Positions 30,417-40,541 of a stretch of 64,000 bases of DNA are shown piece by piece. Both the position numbers and the translations under genes were made by a program. The stretch's first letter is position 1. The number at the start of each line of letters is the position of its first letter. The notes under the pieces were generated by a model. The model saw only the letters and a program-made list of their open reading frames with translations. It did no database searches and was not told where the DNA came from. Source of the stretch: Flavobacterium sp. (GTDB lineage Bacteria; Bacteroidota; Bacteroidia; Flavobacteriales; Flavobacteriaceae). The stretch lies in contig JAYTNO010000198.1 in assembly GCA_043748275.1 (NCBI GenBank), forward strand, positions 16,008 to 80,007. Reading direction: 5' to 3'.

Positions 30417-32320
30417 TATGATCCTGTTGCTGTTGATGCCATTGCTATAACTCTCAATAATTCGTCTGCTACTTGATCACCAGCTTTTACAGCTGCGTCT
30501 TTTGCACTTATGACAACATCTTTTAAACCGTTTACTTCGTGAATAGTAATGTTGAAATAATTGTGTTTTGTTCCACCAGTGGCAGTTGCAGTATTAGACT
30601 TCTCTGTTTTAGCATCTTTCTTACCTAAACCTGTTAAAATTGTTCCTGGTGTTTTTGGCGCAGCTATTCCTAGTTTAGAGCTTAGTTCATTTTTAAAATT
30701 ACCTAATGTTTTATTGTTTACTTTGAGAGAACCACCAGCTAACAACATTTCATTTCCTGCCTCCAGACCTAATGCTTTAATTTTTTTCGCACCATCTACA
30801 ACAGCTTGTTTACGAGCTTCAGTATCAGCATTGATTTTAGAAATCATTTTTTGATTTTCATTGCTATCACCAATACCTACAGCTTCTTTGAATTTATACC
30901 AACCAAGCATTATAAAATTTAATGCTGTCATCATAGAACCAACCATAATATTGAAGTATAACTTTACGCCTTCTACTAATGCTGCAAGTATTAATTTACC
31001 TGCTTTCATTGTGTGGTCCCAAGCTTGACCCCAACCATCTACTTTAAAAATTAAATACCCAATCAAAGCGGCCAATGCAATAACTCCTGCAATTATCCAA
31101 GTTATGGGATTTGCTAACATTGCGACACTTGTTTTAATAAATGATGATGCTAACATATTATTCCATCCTGTTTGAATTGATGTAGCAATACTCATAATTG
31201 CCATTGCGGCTGCAATTGATAAAATAACTCCAGTGGCTATCATTATAATTGGATTTCCATCTTTGATACCATTTACAACATATCCAATTGCACTTGCTGT
31301 GGCAGCGAAACCAACGTTTAAATAATTCAATATTAACGATGCTACTGGTTCTAATGCACCATATAATACTAATAATTTTTCTGATACACTATCCATAAAT
31401 GTTGACCATCTTCCACCTAAAGTATTACTCATTTTATCAGCCATACCGTAAAAATCACCGCCAGCAGATGTTGCTGAAATAAAAGCATCTTCAACCATTT
31501 TTGATGATATACTACCATCCTCCATAGCTTTTTTTAACTCTGGCATACTTTTGCCTGTTTTCTTTGATATTTCACCTAACGGATTAAAACCAGCATTAAT
31601 CATTTGGTTTAAATCTTGACCAGTTAAGCGACCTGCAGAACTCATTTGTGAGAATGCTAAAGTCATAGAGTTCATTTTTTCTTTACTACCCATTGACAAA
31701 TCGCCAATAGCAGATAAAGTTGGCATTATTTTTTTTTCGTCAATTTGAAATCCAAGCATTGTTTTTGCGTTGTCTCCCAAATCCATCTTGCCATAAGGCG
31801 TTTTATTGGCGTATTTTGCAATATCATCTGTTAGACCTTTTGCTGCTTCTTTTGACCCTAATAAAACTTCAAAAGATGTGTTTTGCATTTCATTGTCAAT
31901 TCCTAAAGAAATTGCTTTTCCAGCTGTTATCCCAGCCAATACCATAGGATTCATAATTAATCCAGCAAAAGGTATTTGAGAAAATGCATTTCCTATTGAG
32001 CTACCAATGCCCCCACCTTTTGTTGTATTCTCTAATTTGTTGATTTGAGTTTCAAGTTTTTGAATTTCAATATTGGTGGCTTTGATAACTTTAATATTAG
32101 ATTGTGGTATCCATTCACGTTCCGCCTTTAATAAATCAACCTTTTGTTTTAAAGAACCAACAGAGTTTCCAGTTTCTTTTAATACTTGTGAAACCTCACG
32201 GCTACGTTTTTCTAATGCAACAAACTTGTTAAGCATACCCTCAGAACTAAAACCAATTGCGTTCAATTTTGAACTCATTTGGTCTTGTATTGATAAAGTA
32301 TATGAAAGTAAGTTTGACAT
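30416..32320 (-). CDS. Tape measure protein
   Basis: FSQMSSAGRLTGQDLNQMINAGFNPL; ANPITWIIAGVIAL. Confidence 0.9.
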   Translation of the reverse strand: MSNLLSYTLSIQDQMSSKLNAIGFSSEGMLNKFVALEKRSREVSQVLKETGNSVGSLKQKVDLLKAEREWIPQSNIKVIKATNIEIQKLETQINKLENTTKGGGIGSSIGNAFSQIPFAGLIMNPMVLAGITAGKAISLGIDNEMQNTSFEVLLGSKEAAKGLTDDIAKYANKTPYGKMDLGDNAKTMLGFQIDEKKIMPTLSAIGDLSMGSKEKMNSMTLAFSQMSSAGRLTGQDLNQMINAGFNPLGEISKKTGKSMPELKKAMEDGSISSKMVEDAFISATSAGGDFYGMADKMSNTLGGRWSTFMDSVSEKLLVLYGALEPVASLILNYLNVGFAATASAIGYVVNGIKDGNPIIMIATGVILSIAAAMAIMSIATSIQTGWNNMLASSFIKTSVAMLANPITWIIAGVIALAALIGYLIFKVDGWGQAWDHTMKAGKLILAALVEGVKLYFNIMVGSMMTALNFIMLGWYKFKEAVGIGDSNENQKMISKINADTEARKQAVVDGAKKIKALGLEAGNEMLLAGGSLKVNNKTLGNFKNELSSKLGIAAPKTPGTILTGLGKKDAKTEKSNTATATGGTKHNYFNITIHEVNGLKDVVISAKDAAVKAGDQVADELLRVIAMASTATGS

Positions 32321-32580
32321 TAATGTTTAGAGTTTGCCTCTTCTTGTCTAATCCATTCTAATTCTACAACTCTACGTGCCCATGTTTCTTGATCTAGCTC
32401 GTAAGGTTCAATTTTCAAATAGTATCGAATAAGAGTATTGGTTTTGCGTTTGCCATCAACCCATTCTAATAACCTTCTGTAATACTCATCTTCAGTTATT
32501 ATTACTTGAGGTTTTTCCTGTGTATCAGAAGCAGTTGAATATCCTTTATAACCAAATGCTGCTTCTGTTAAAGCTTTTCC
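32320..32580 (-). CDS. Tail assembly chaperone GT extension (-1 frameshift product)
   Basis: ATG-less open -1 frame from GGAAAAG (32580-32574) to a TAA overlapping the tape measure ATG. Confidence 0.75.
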   Translation of the reverse strand, partial: GKALTEAAFGYKGYSTASDTQEKPQVIITEDEYYRRLLEWVDGKRKTNTLIRYYLKIEPYELDQETWARRVVELEWIRQEEANSKH

Positions 32581-32897
32581 ACAGTCACAACAACCGTTTC
32601 AATTGTTTGCATCATTTGACCTGCAGTAGACATTAATTTAGTTTCATCATCAAGTATATTGTCACCACCTAAAAAACACTGTTTAAACAATGAAATATTA
32701 TATGAGATATACTTGCCTTGTGCCATTAATGTTTGAGTAAATTCCAATTCCTTTACTGATGGACTTCTAACATAACAAGTTTCACCAGTTGCCAAAGGCA
32801 ATTTAAAAACGTTTTTATATTGTTCTTTCCAGGCGTCAATGTCATTTTGAGTAACTTTAACAAATTCCTTTTCTTTTGTTATTTCTTCAGTATTCAT
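32568..32897 (-). CDS. Tail assembly chaperone G
   Basis: IDAWKEQY...CYVRSP; between tube and tape measure. Confidence 0.75.
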   Translation of the reverse strand: MNTEEITKEKEFVKVTQNDIDAWKEQYKNVFKLPLATGETCYVRSPSVKELEFTQTLMAQGKYISYNISLFKQCFLGGDNILDDETKLMSTAGQMMQTIETVVVTVEKL

Positions 32898-32955
32898 TTT
32901 GTTTGTTTGTTTTTTTGTTTTTATTATAAAAGTCCCAATTGCTCAGGACTTTTAT

Positions 32956-33366
32956 TTATACATTTTTCTTAATACCTAAGGCAAGAAACGGCAAGGTTAC
33001 TTCTTGAAATTTATCCCCTTGTTTCATTGCTTCTTCGACTTCGCCAACAGCTACACCTGAAATTTTGTTAGTTCTCATAACATCACCATTGGATGGGTTA
33101 CCATAAGAAACTAAGATATCAAATCTAGCAGTTGTGAGATCTCCACCAGCTGCATCTTCTAATAAATCCAAATCTCCTTTCAAGACAGCAAATTCACCTT
33201 CATAAGCTGAGTTACCTCTTTGTATAGAAATTGGCTCACGTCCTTTACCATAGACTGCTTCTTGCTCTACTTTCTTTTTGTGTTTTATAGCACGAAGTTT
33301 CACTAAGTCTATTCCACCTGCAGAAACTGAAATGTCTGCGTATTCGTATTCTCTACTATTAAACAT
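32956..33366 (-). CDS. Tail tube protein
   Basis: FNSREYEYAD...YGKGREPISIQRGN; follows sheath. Confidence 0.8.
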   Translation of the reverse strand: MFNSREYEYADISVSAGGIDLVKLRAIKHKKKVEQEAVYGKGREPISIQRGNSAYEGEFAVLKGDLDLLEDAAGGDLTTARFDILVSYGNPSNGDVMRTNKISGVAVGEVEEAMKQGDKFQEVTLPFLALGIKKNV

Positions 33367-33376
33367 AGTTTATAAA

Positions 33377-34570
33377 TTAAGAGTTAAGTGTGTAGCCTAT
33401 GGTAAATTCTAGATATCTACCGTAACCTTTCGGTTTTACACTAATTTTTCCTATGATGATTCCAGTTGAAGCTACATTGTTTGTAATGTCAACCAATGCT
33501 TTAACACCAGTATCATTTGCTTTTGTAACATCAACAGATAATTCTCCTCTTGCACTCATTTCTTGTGCAATAACACGCTCTAATTCTGCTTCAATGACTT
33601 TTGCATCAATAGGTGATAATTTACCACCATCTAGCAAGTTAAAATCATCTAATACATAATTTGTCAAAGTGGCATTTGCCAACACAAACGCTTTATCAAT
33701 TACACGTCTACGAGTGATATAGTGATAATCATCTTCAACTGTACAGGCTAAAAGGTCATCTACCAAATAATATCCTGACTTACCAACGTGTGTTGTTGCT
33801 GTTATAAAACCTTTGTTATATAAAGCATCAATATTGATTTGTTCTACTGGAGTGTCCAGGATAAAAAACTGCAAAGGTTGCAATGCGCCATCTTTGACAC
33901 GTCCAACATTAACGTGGACTTGATTCTTTGCCAAACGTCCACCAAGAACTCCAACCGCTGCACCTTTGGATGCTGTAGCTCCAGTTCTAGTATCAGTATC
34001 TCCAATCATAACCGCAACACGATTATAAGTTGTTGCTGCAAAACCTACTAAGTCTTGAGCTACACCGGTATAATTATATCCTTCGATAATAAAAACGACT
34101 GGAGCAATTTTATTGGTTGTAAAATCATCTGCAATAGTTTGAGCTGCAGCCAAAGTAGCTGGAAAACCACTTCTTAAACCTGCAGTAACTGCTACATCTT
34201 CTACAGATGGTGCATACTTGCAAATCACAAAACGAATTCTTCTATTGGCAGCAGTCAAAACAGTTTGACTATCATCAACCAATTGATCTAACGTTCTGGT
34301 TTTGGCAACACCATAAATCCATAGTTCAGTTCCATCGCCAGCTTCAGCATAAAACTCTCTAATTGTTTTATGAAGTTCGTAGTTGGCTACAGTAGGCAAT
34401 ATGCCTAATGTTTCGGCTTCTTTTAAACTATACACCGTAAATGGTGTATTGAGAGTAAAGCCTGCATTTGCTGTGGCACTTGAAACGATGCAACAAACTC
34501 CGTCAGGATTTGTTGCAACGACTCCAAGATTACCGTTTTCAAACGCTACATTTACACTAGGTTTTCCCAT
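33377..34570 (-). CDS. Tail sheath protein (DUF2586-like)
   Basis: VGRVKDG, RRVIDKA, C-terminal V.PKGY. Confidence 0.8.
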   Translation of the reverse strand: MGKPSVNVAFENGNLGVVATNPDGVCCIVSSATANAGFTLNTPFTVYSLKEAETLGILPTVANYELHKTIREFYAEAGDGTELWIYGVAKTRTLDQLVDDSQTVLTAANRRIRFVICKYAPSVEDVAVTAGLRSGFPATLAAAQTIADDFTTNKIAPVVFIIEGYNYTGVAQDLVGFAATTYNRVAVMIGDTDTRTGATASKGAAVGVLGGRLAKNQVHVNVGRVKDGALQPLQFFILDTPVEQINIDALYNKGFITATTHVGKSGYYLVDDLLACTVEDDYHYITRRRVIDKAFVLANATLTNYVLDDFNLLDGGKLSPIDAKVIEAELERVIAQEMSARGELSVDVTKANDTGVKALVDITNNVASTGIIIGKISVKPKGYGRYLEFTIGYTLNS

Positions 34571-35022
34571 TATTTTTGAGAATTAAGTTGTTTTGTAATT
34601 TCTTCTACTAAAACCGCATTAGTTGCAGTTGGATCTGCAATCGTTAACTTTTGCTCCTCAGCATACGCTAACAATTTTGCTTTACTCATTTTTGACAAAT
34701 CAATTACTACAGGTTTCTCTTCAGTTTCTTGACCTTTTTTATCAGCTTCCAATTTTTCTGCAGCTTCTAGCTCTTCCTGTGCTTTTTTATCAGCAGCGGC
34801 TTTTTCTGCGGCTTCAAATTCTGCCATTTCTTTTTCGTCTTCAGATACGTCTTGAAGATCATTAACTTCTTTAAAATTCTCATTTAAAACCATTTCAACG
34901 GCTTTATCATCTAAATTTTTAGCGTAGTTTTTTGCGTCATTTTCATTGTAGAAAGCTTCGCCATCAGAAGTACCGTAGTACTTTTCTAAATTTGGATTTT
35001 GTTCAAATACTTCGTTTTTCAT
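34570..35022 (-). CDS. Acidic phage hypothetical protein
   Basis: TSDGEAFY motif; C-terminal HeH-like segment. Confidence 0.7.
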   Translation of the reverse strand: MKNEVFEQNPNLEKYYGTSDGEAFYNENDAKNYAKNLDDKAVEMVLNENFKEVNDLQDVSEDEKEMAEFEAAEKAAADKKAQEELEAAEKLEADKKGQETEEKPVVIDLSKMSKAKLLAYAEEQKLTIADPTATNAVLVEEITKQLNSQK

Positions 35023-35513
35023 GTGATTCTAGATTTTATTAATAATCCTATTACCAGGAGCAGAATTAAACCACTTAGAATTTTAAATCCGTAAATTTGA
35101 AACTGCTGCCAAAAGGTTAGCCTGTTAATATATTTTGTGATCGTATTGGTACTAAAATGAATATCTTCAACATGTGTTGCTTTCCAAGAAGCTAGTAATT
35201 CTTCAGCTCTTGCTTCACAATCTACAGTGAGTTGATTATCGTTATCAATCTGAACCTTTGGACTTTTTAATTTGCGTCCTGGATCAGATTGAGTAACTTT
35301 TTTTATAACAACCTTTCCGTTTCTACATTCCAGTAAAGCTTTATAAGCACTACTATCGGTTTCGGTTTTAAATACAGTATCGTGTACTGTATTTGTAATT
35401 GTTTTTGTGTTATTTGTAGTTTGACTATCTGTTACTGTAGGCTTCGTGCTTCCACACGAAACCACAGCAAACAAAAAAAACAAACTAAGTAACAACAGTG
35501 TCTTTTGTTTCAT
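35019..35513 (-). CDS. Lipoprotein, probable unimolecular spanin
   Basis: Lipobox VVSC plus C-terminal TM helix, directly after the endolysin. Confidence 0.65.
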   Translation of the reverse strand: MKQKTLLLLSLFFLFAVVSCGSTKPTVTDSQTTNNTKTITNTVHDTVFKTETDSSAYKALLECRNGKVVIKKVTQSDPGRKLKSPKVQIDNDNQLTVDCEARAEELLASWKATHVEDIHFSTNTITKYINRLTFWQQFQIYGFKILSGLILLLVIGLLIKSRIT

Positions 35514-35971
35514 ACTCTTAAAAATGCTTTTATTGTGTTTGTTTTTCTGCCGTTTGGTTTCTGGCAAACTTCATAACCTTCCCGACTTCCATCATCGTTA
35601 GAGTTGCCTTCAACTGTATTGAATTTTTTTATAAAGGTGTCATCTACAAATCCGATATGACCTAAACCTTTACCGAAATCCATTATAAATAAATCTCCTT
35701 TTTGTGGTGTTTGTACCACATACTTTTTACTATTATTCAACTGATCTAATACACCAGCTGTTTTCTTTAAAGGATTAGCAATACCAAGTTCTTTAGAAGC
35801 TTCTTGATAACACCAGTAGACAAATGCTTCACACCAGGAATATCCTTTTCCTAATCCAACTGATTTGAGATACTTCTCAACTGCTGGACCAGCATTAGAA
35901 CCTCTAGGAATCTCTTGAACTCCTAATTGTGTTTTTGCAATTGCTAAGGCTTTTAATGCTAATGCACTCAT
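35510..35971 (-). CDS. CHAP-domain endolysin
   Basis: WCEAFV, GHIGFV, TVEGNS. Confidence 0.85.
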   Translation of the reverse strand: MSALALKALAIAKTQLGVQEIPRGSNAGPAVEKYLKSVGLGKGYSWCEAFVYWCYQEASKELGIANPLKKTAGVLDQLNNSKKYVVQTPQKGDLFIMDFGKGLGHIGFVDDTFIKKFNTVEGNSNDDGSREGYEVCQKPNGRKTNTIKAFLRV

Positions 35972-36321
35972 TCTGTTTTACCGTTTAACTGTTTGAATTT
36001 TTTAATCTCATTGATCAAACTCTCATTGCTATCCATCAAGTCTTTTATATGATGCTCTAATTGTCTTTTTTCTATGTCTTGAGATTCTATTATTTTATCT
36101 CTTTCTGTTACTTTAACATTAAGATTATCAATAATTTCAAGACACTGATTAATTCTTTTTGTTGCATCGTCCAAAAGGTTTTGATAAAAAGTAGCTGACT
36201 TCGCTTCGTTGTCAATTTCAGTAGACTTACTGTCTGCTTTACTTTTACGCCATTCTAGAATTTTCATTCCAAAACCGGTTAAAAAAGCGGCAATAGCAGG
36301 AAAAAATAAAGTTTCAAACAT
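35968..36321 (-). CDS. Holin-like protein (TM + coiled coil)
   Basis: N-terminal TM; upstream of the endolysin. Confidence 0.55.
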   Translation of the reverse strand: MFETLFFPAIAAFLTGFGMKILEWRKSKADSKSTEIDNEAKSATFYQNLLDDATKRINQCLEIIDNLNVKVTERDKIIESQDIEKRQLEHHIKDLMDSNESLINEIKKFKQLNGKTE

Positions 36322-36376
36322 TGTTATCTTTTAAGGAATAGCTGCTACCAATTGATAGCAGCTATTGATTAAGTTT

Positions 36377-37273
36377 CTAGTATATTGCTCCAATGAATCT
36401 ACTTTCAAACGGTAATGCCATAAAGTAATGACGGTAGTTTAAAAGATTGGCTTGATTTGCCGTGTCAGAAGACGCTGGAGTAAAATACTGTTTTGTCAAA
36501 CCCGTTTTCTTTGCAATTCCGCCAGTCCAAAAAGCTACAGAGCCTTCACGATCACCCGCTGCTTTAACAGCTCCAAATGATTTTTTTACACCTGTACTAG
36601 TGTACAATGGATTGGCGTTGTATTGGAATAATTCGAATCCTGCAATCATAGGAGCTGGCATACCAGTTCTATAATTAACCAATTGATCACCAAAGTTTTT
36701 ACGATCAATCAATAAGTCATTCCAATGACGCGTTGAAAGAACAATTCTTCTACCTGTTGGATTTACTTCGTCTGCATCTAGTCTATTTTTCAAAGCTACT
36801 AAATCTTCATAAGTCAAAGTAGCAAATCCACCAACTACAGTTCCTGTTGCAGCGATAACAGGCGTAGCCGTTGCGTCAGATGTTGGCGCAATAGAATGGA
36901 TTGCTTTTCTGAACTTTTTAGCTAAAATTGCTCTCACGTGACTACGAGTAGTGGCATCAATTTTATCATAGGCAGAACCGATAATCTGATCGTCTGAAAC
37001 TGATGTTCCTTTAGTGTTATATTTGTCAATAGCTAACACTACCGTATCATCAGTATAAGCTTGTACTGGAATTGGATAAACGTTATTGTTAACCAGTACA
37101 TCAGGATTAAAATTCGCACGAGGAATGTTAATCACAGTCATTTCTGAAGCGGAACCTTCTTCTAAGATCGTAAAGTCAGCTTCAAGTTCTGGAATGCCTT
37201 CTAACCAAGGAGCTTCGCTTTGGTTGGTTATGTTTTGAATAACTCTTTTAACCCAAATTTCTGGAAAATTCAT
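36377..37273 (-). CDS. Major capsid protein
   Basis: 298 aa after the protease; PEIW, PDVLVNN..YPI; hairpin terminator follows. Confidence 0.8.
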   Translation of the reverse strand: MNFPEIWVKRVIQNITNQSEAPWLEGIPELEADFTILEEGSASEMTVINIPRANFNPDVLVNNNVYPIPVQAYTDDTVVLAIDKYNTKGTSVSDDQIIGSAYDKIDATTRSHVRAILAKKFRKAIHSIAPTSDATATPVIAATGTVVGGFATLTYEDLVALKNRLDADEVNPTGRRIVLSTRHWNDLLIDRKNFGDQLVNYRTGMPAPMIAGFELFQYNANPLYTSTGVKKSFGAVKAAGDREGSVAFWTGGIAKKTGLTKQYFTPASSDTANQANLLNYRHYFMALPFESRFIGAIY

Positions 37274-37279
37274 ATTTTC

Positions 37280-38266
37280 TTATTTAATTAATTCTACTAT
37301 TTTTTTGTACTCTTCTGGACTATCATTTTTGAATGATAATTGAGCATCTAAAGACAACTTTTGAAAGTCTTCGATAGTTGCAACAACCGCTGCTCCATTT
37401 CCTCCAGGAACAACTACACCAGCTGAAAAGTTTGCTTTTGGAGCAATTGCACCAATAACAGTGTCTAATGCACTTTCAGATGCTAATCCTAAAGTGATCA
37501 TCTCTTCTTTTTTGTCAGCTGCAAATTTTCCTTGAGTAATTCCCAATTCTACTTTGGTTGTAATTCTTGATTTTGCATCAGCTTCTTGAGCATCTTTTGC
37601 AGTTTGAGCTGCTAATTTCAAACTCTCGTTTTCAACTTTTAACGCTGATACTTCAGCTGCCAATCCTAAAACTTTTACTTCAACTTCCGAAACGTCTAAT
37701 CCGTCTGTTGGTTGGTCTTTAAAGCTTAAAGCCATTAAACAAGCTACGCTTAACGTGATTTTTTTCATATTGTTAATTTTTAATTTTTCTTGGGGGTTTT
37801 CGCTTGCAACTGAAAGGCATAAGGTTTGAATTTCTGACTCTTCGAGAAGTTTTCCATCCACATTATAAATAGCAATTGAATTTCTATTTGATGGAACTGG
37901 AACTATTGAAGCTTCTACGAGTTCCCATTCTTTAAGAATAAGTTTATCGCCAACACGCTCTAATGAATCCCAATTTGGCAGAATTCCCATTGAGGCACCT
38001 TTGATAAAATCACGCTCCACTTGACCAGATATCTCAAGACCAATTTGTCTGTCAACATCAAAGTTTGGTTCTGCTTGAATTAAACCATTTACTACTTCGA
38101 GATTTTTCCAATTACCAATAACATTTTCGTTTTTATTCACGTGATCAGAAAGCATAACAGGATTGCTTTTAAAGCGATCTAGTTTTCCTCCAGATGTCAA
38201 AATGAAAAAGCCGTAACTGTTTTGAACAGCATCATCATTTAGAATAAAAACTTTTGGTTTTGTCAT
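37280..38266 (-). CDS. Prohead protease / scaffold
   Basis: NPVMLSDH, GASMG, ELVEASIVPVPSN. Confidence 0.85.
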   Translation of the reverse strand: MTKPKVFILNDDAVQNSYGFFILTSGGKLDRFKSNPVMLSDHVNKNENVIGNWKNLEVVNGLIQAEPNFDVDRQIGLEISGQVERDFIKGASMGILPNWDSLERVGDKLILKEWELVEASIVPVPSNRNSIAIYNVDGKLLEESEIQTLCLSVASENPQEKLKINNMKKITLSVACLMALSFKDQPTDGLDVSEVEVKVLGLAAEVSALKVENESLKLAAQTAKDAQEADAKSRITTKVELGITQGKFAADKKEEMITLGLASESALDTVIGAIAPKANFSAGVVVPGGNGAAVVATIEDFQKLSLDAQLSFKNDSPEEYKKIVELIK

Positions 38267-38313
38267 TGCTTATTTTTCAATATATCCAAGCGATTTGTCC
38301 GCTATTGTGTTGG

Positions 38314-38444
38314 CAAATATTAGTTGAAAGCAATTGTTAAAAAAATAATAGTACAGTACCAGAACACCTATGTACCAAGACTTAACACAGTTGTAAAGCA
38401 AGTAAACAGAAATTTTTTTGAAGTGAACTAATACTTCAACTTTG
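38314..38444. promoter_or_regulatory. Divergent late promoter region with three phased TGT-N11-ACA sites
   Basis: Sites at 38350, 38371, 38392; degenerate -7 boxes 28 nt away on each side. Confidence 0.6.
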
Positions 38445-38461
38445 CTTATAAATAAGTTGAT

Positions 38462-39025
38462 ATGGGAGTAAAAAAACAGGTTGAAAATGACTTGGCCAAA
38501 CGGTATTATATAAATGATGGCCTTTCTCAAAAAGAAATTGCAGAACGTTTAAAACTGACAGAAAAGACCGTTAGCACTTGGGTAAAAAAAGGGAATTGGG
38601 ATAAGGAAAAAACATCTTTATTGGTAACTAAGGACAATCAAATCATTTCATTATATGGACAATTACAATCAGCCAATGAAGAGATAAAAACACGTCCGGT
38701 TGTTCGTGATATTCCAAATCACTTAACTAAGCCATATAAGTTAAAAGATGCTGACGGAACTGAGCGTTTGGAATATCCTGTTTATACTCCAGAAGACTTT
38801 CCAATATTAATTGGAAACTTTCCTAACTCGAAAGATACGGACATCATTTCGAAACTCACAACAGCAATCAAGCGGTTGGAAAACGAGACCAACATTGGTG
38901 AAACCATATCAGTTGCCAAAAATCTAGTGTTATTTATTAGAAGTATTGATTCTGCTTTTGCAAATCAATTGACAACCTATTGCGATGCCTATATCAAACA
39001 AAAAATGAGCGATGGCATTAAGTAG
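38462..39025 (+). CDS. Terminase small subunit-like HTH protein
   Basis: LSQKEIAERLKLTEKTVSTWVKKGNW; precedes TerL. Confidence 0.7.
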   Translation: MGVKKQVENDLAKRYYINDGLSQKEIAERLKLTEKTVSTWVKKGNWDKEKTSLLVTKDNQIISLYGQLQSANEEIKTRPVVRDIPNHLTKPYKLKDADGTERLEYPVYTPEDFPILIGNFPNSKDTDIISKLTTAIKRLENETNIGETISVAKNLVLFIRSIDSAFANQLTTYCDAYIKQKMSDGIK

Positions 39026-40538
39026 AAAAGATAAAGAACAGCTGTTATCTTGGGATGCTTTTGTTGTAAATCAATACAGGGCAACACCTGTTGATTTAAA
39101 CGAAACAGCAACCGATAAGCTAAAAAGAATAGCCTATTTAGAAGCGCATCCCGAAGAATGGTATAAGTTCTATTTCCCGAATTTCTATACTTCAGAACCA
39201 GCTCCTTTTCATAAAAAAGCAACCAAACGAGTTCTTGAAAATCCCGAGTGGTATGAGGTGCGTTCTTGGGCAAGAGATTTGTCGAAGTCTGGTAGAACTA
39301 TGATGGATGTCTTATTGCTTACAATAACAGGTAAAAAGAAAACCGTTGTTCTTACATCTGCTACTTATGATGATGCTTCAAGACTATTAAAGCCTTACAA
39401 AACGATTCTTGAAGTCAATGATCGTTTAAAAAATGATTATGGTGATCAAAAAGCATTAAGCGGTTGGGAAGACGGTGATTTTACCACCAAGAAAGGCGTT
39501 TCTTTTCGAGCTGTTGGTGCAGGACAATCACCTCGTGGAACTCGTAACGATGCAGCAAGGCCTGACTTGATTTTAATTGATGATATTGATACTGATGTCG
39601 ATTGTAATAATCCAGAAACGATAGAAAAAAAATACGCCTGGATTGAAACCGCATTAATTCCAACACGTTCCATATCGGTTCCGTTGTTGATAATTGCCTG
39701 TGGTAACATCATTGCCAAATATTGTTGTATTACTGAAATGGCTAAAAAAGCCAATGTACACGATATTGTAAATATTCGAGATAATCACGGAGTTTCTACT
39801 TGGCCACAACGAAATACTGAAGAACTGATTGATTTAGCATTTAGAACAATGACTACTTCAGCTATTCAAAAAGAGTACTTCAATAATCCAATTCGTGTAG
39901 GTAAGTTATTCAAAAAAGTACATTGGGCCAAATGTCCACCACTTCGAGCTTGCGAGCACGTTCTTGTTTATTCCGATCCAGCTACAAGTAATAAAGACAA
40001 CAAAAGTAGTTCTAGAAAATTTACAGGCGTTATAGGTTATAGGCAAGGTAACTATTATTTATACAAAGTTTGGCTGGACAATATGACTCAACAAACTTTT
40101 GTAAACAACCTCTACCACGCCAACGATTGGGTAAAAGAAAGAAAAGTTGACACTTTTAAAAACTGGATAGAAAACAATTCGCTTCAAGAACCATTTTGGG
40201 AGCAGGTCTTAAAACCGTTGGTAAAATCTGTAGCTAAAATTCTCAATAGAATTCCCGTTTTTATGTCATTAGACAAACGAAAAAAGGATGATAAATATAC
40301 TCGTATTGAAGGAACTATTGAGCCGATTTACAAACAAGGTTGTCTCTATTTTAATATCGATGAAAAAGACAATCCTTATATGAAAACTATGGAAGAGGAA
40401 TTTCTTGGAGTTGCACCCAATTCTAAAATGATGGATGGACCAGATGGATTAGAAGGTGGTATTTGGATTATTCAAAATATTGCAAGTAAAGAGAATTCAG
40501 AGTATGTAGTTGGACACATTAACAATCGTAAATATTAA
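39012..40538 (+). CDS. Terminase large subunit
   Basis: WARDLSKS, LILIDDID, YSDPA, DGPDGLEG. Confidence 0.88.
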   Translation: MALSRKDKEQLLSWDAFVVNQYRATPVDLNETATDKLKRIAYLEAHPEEWYKFYFPNFYTSEPAPFHKKATKRVLENPEWYEVRSWARDLSKSGRTMMDVLLLTITGKKKTVVLTSATYDDASRLLKPYKTILEVNDRLKNDYGDQKALSGWEDGDFTTKKGVSFRAVGAGQSPRGTRNDAARPDLILIDDIDTDVDCNNPETIEKKYAWIETALIPTRSISVPLLIIACGNIIAKYCCITEMAKKANVHDIVNIRDNHGVSTWPQRNTEELIDLAFRTMTTSAIQKEYFNNPIRVGKLFKKVHWAKCPPLRACEHVLVYSDPATSNKDNKSSSRKFTGVIGYRQGNYYLYKVWLDNMTQQTFVNNLYHANDWVKERKVDTFKNWIENNSLQEPFWEQVLKPLVKSVAKILNRIPVFMSLDKRKKDDKYTRIEGTIEPIYKQGCLYFNIDEKDNPYMKTMEEEFLGVAPNSKMMDGPDGLEGGIWIIQNIASKENSEYVVGHINNRKY

Positions 40539-40541
40539 AAA

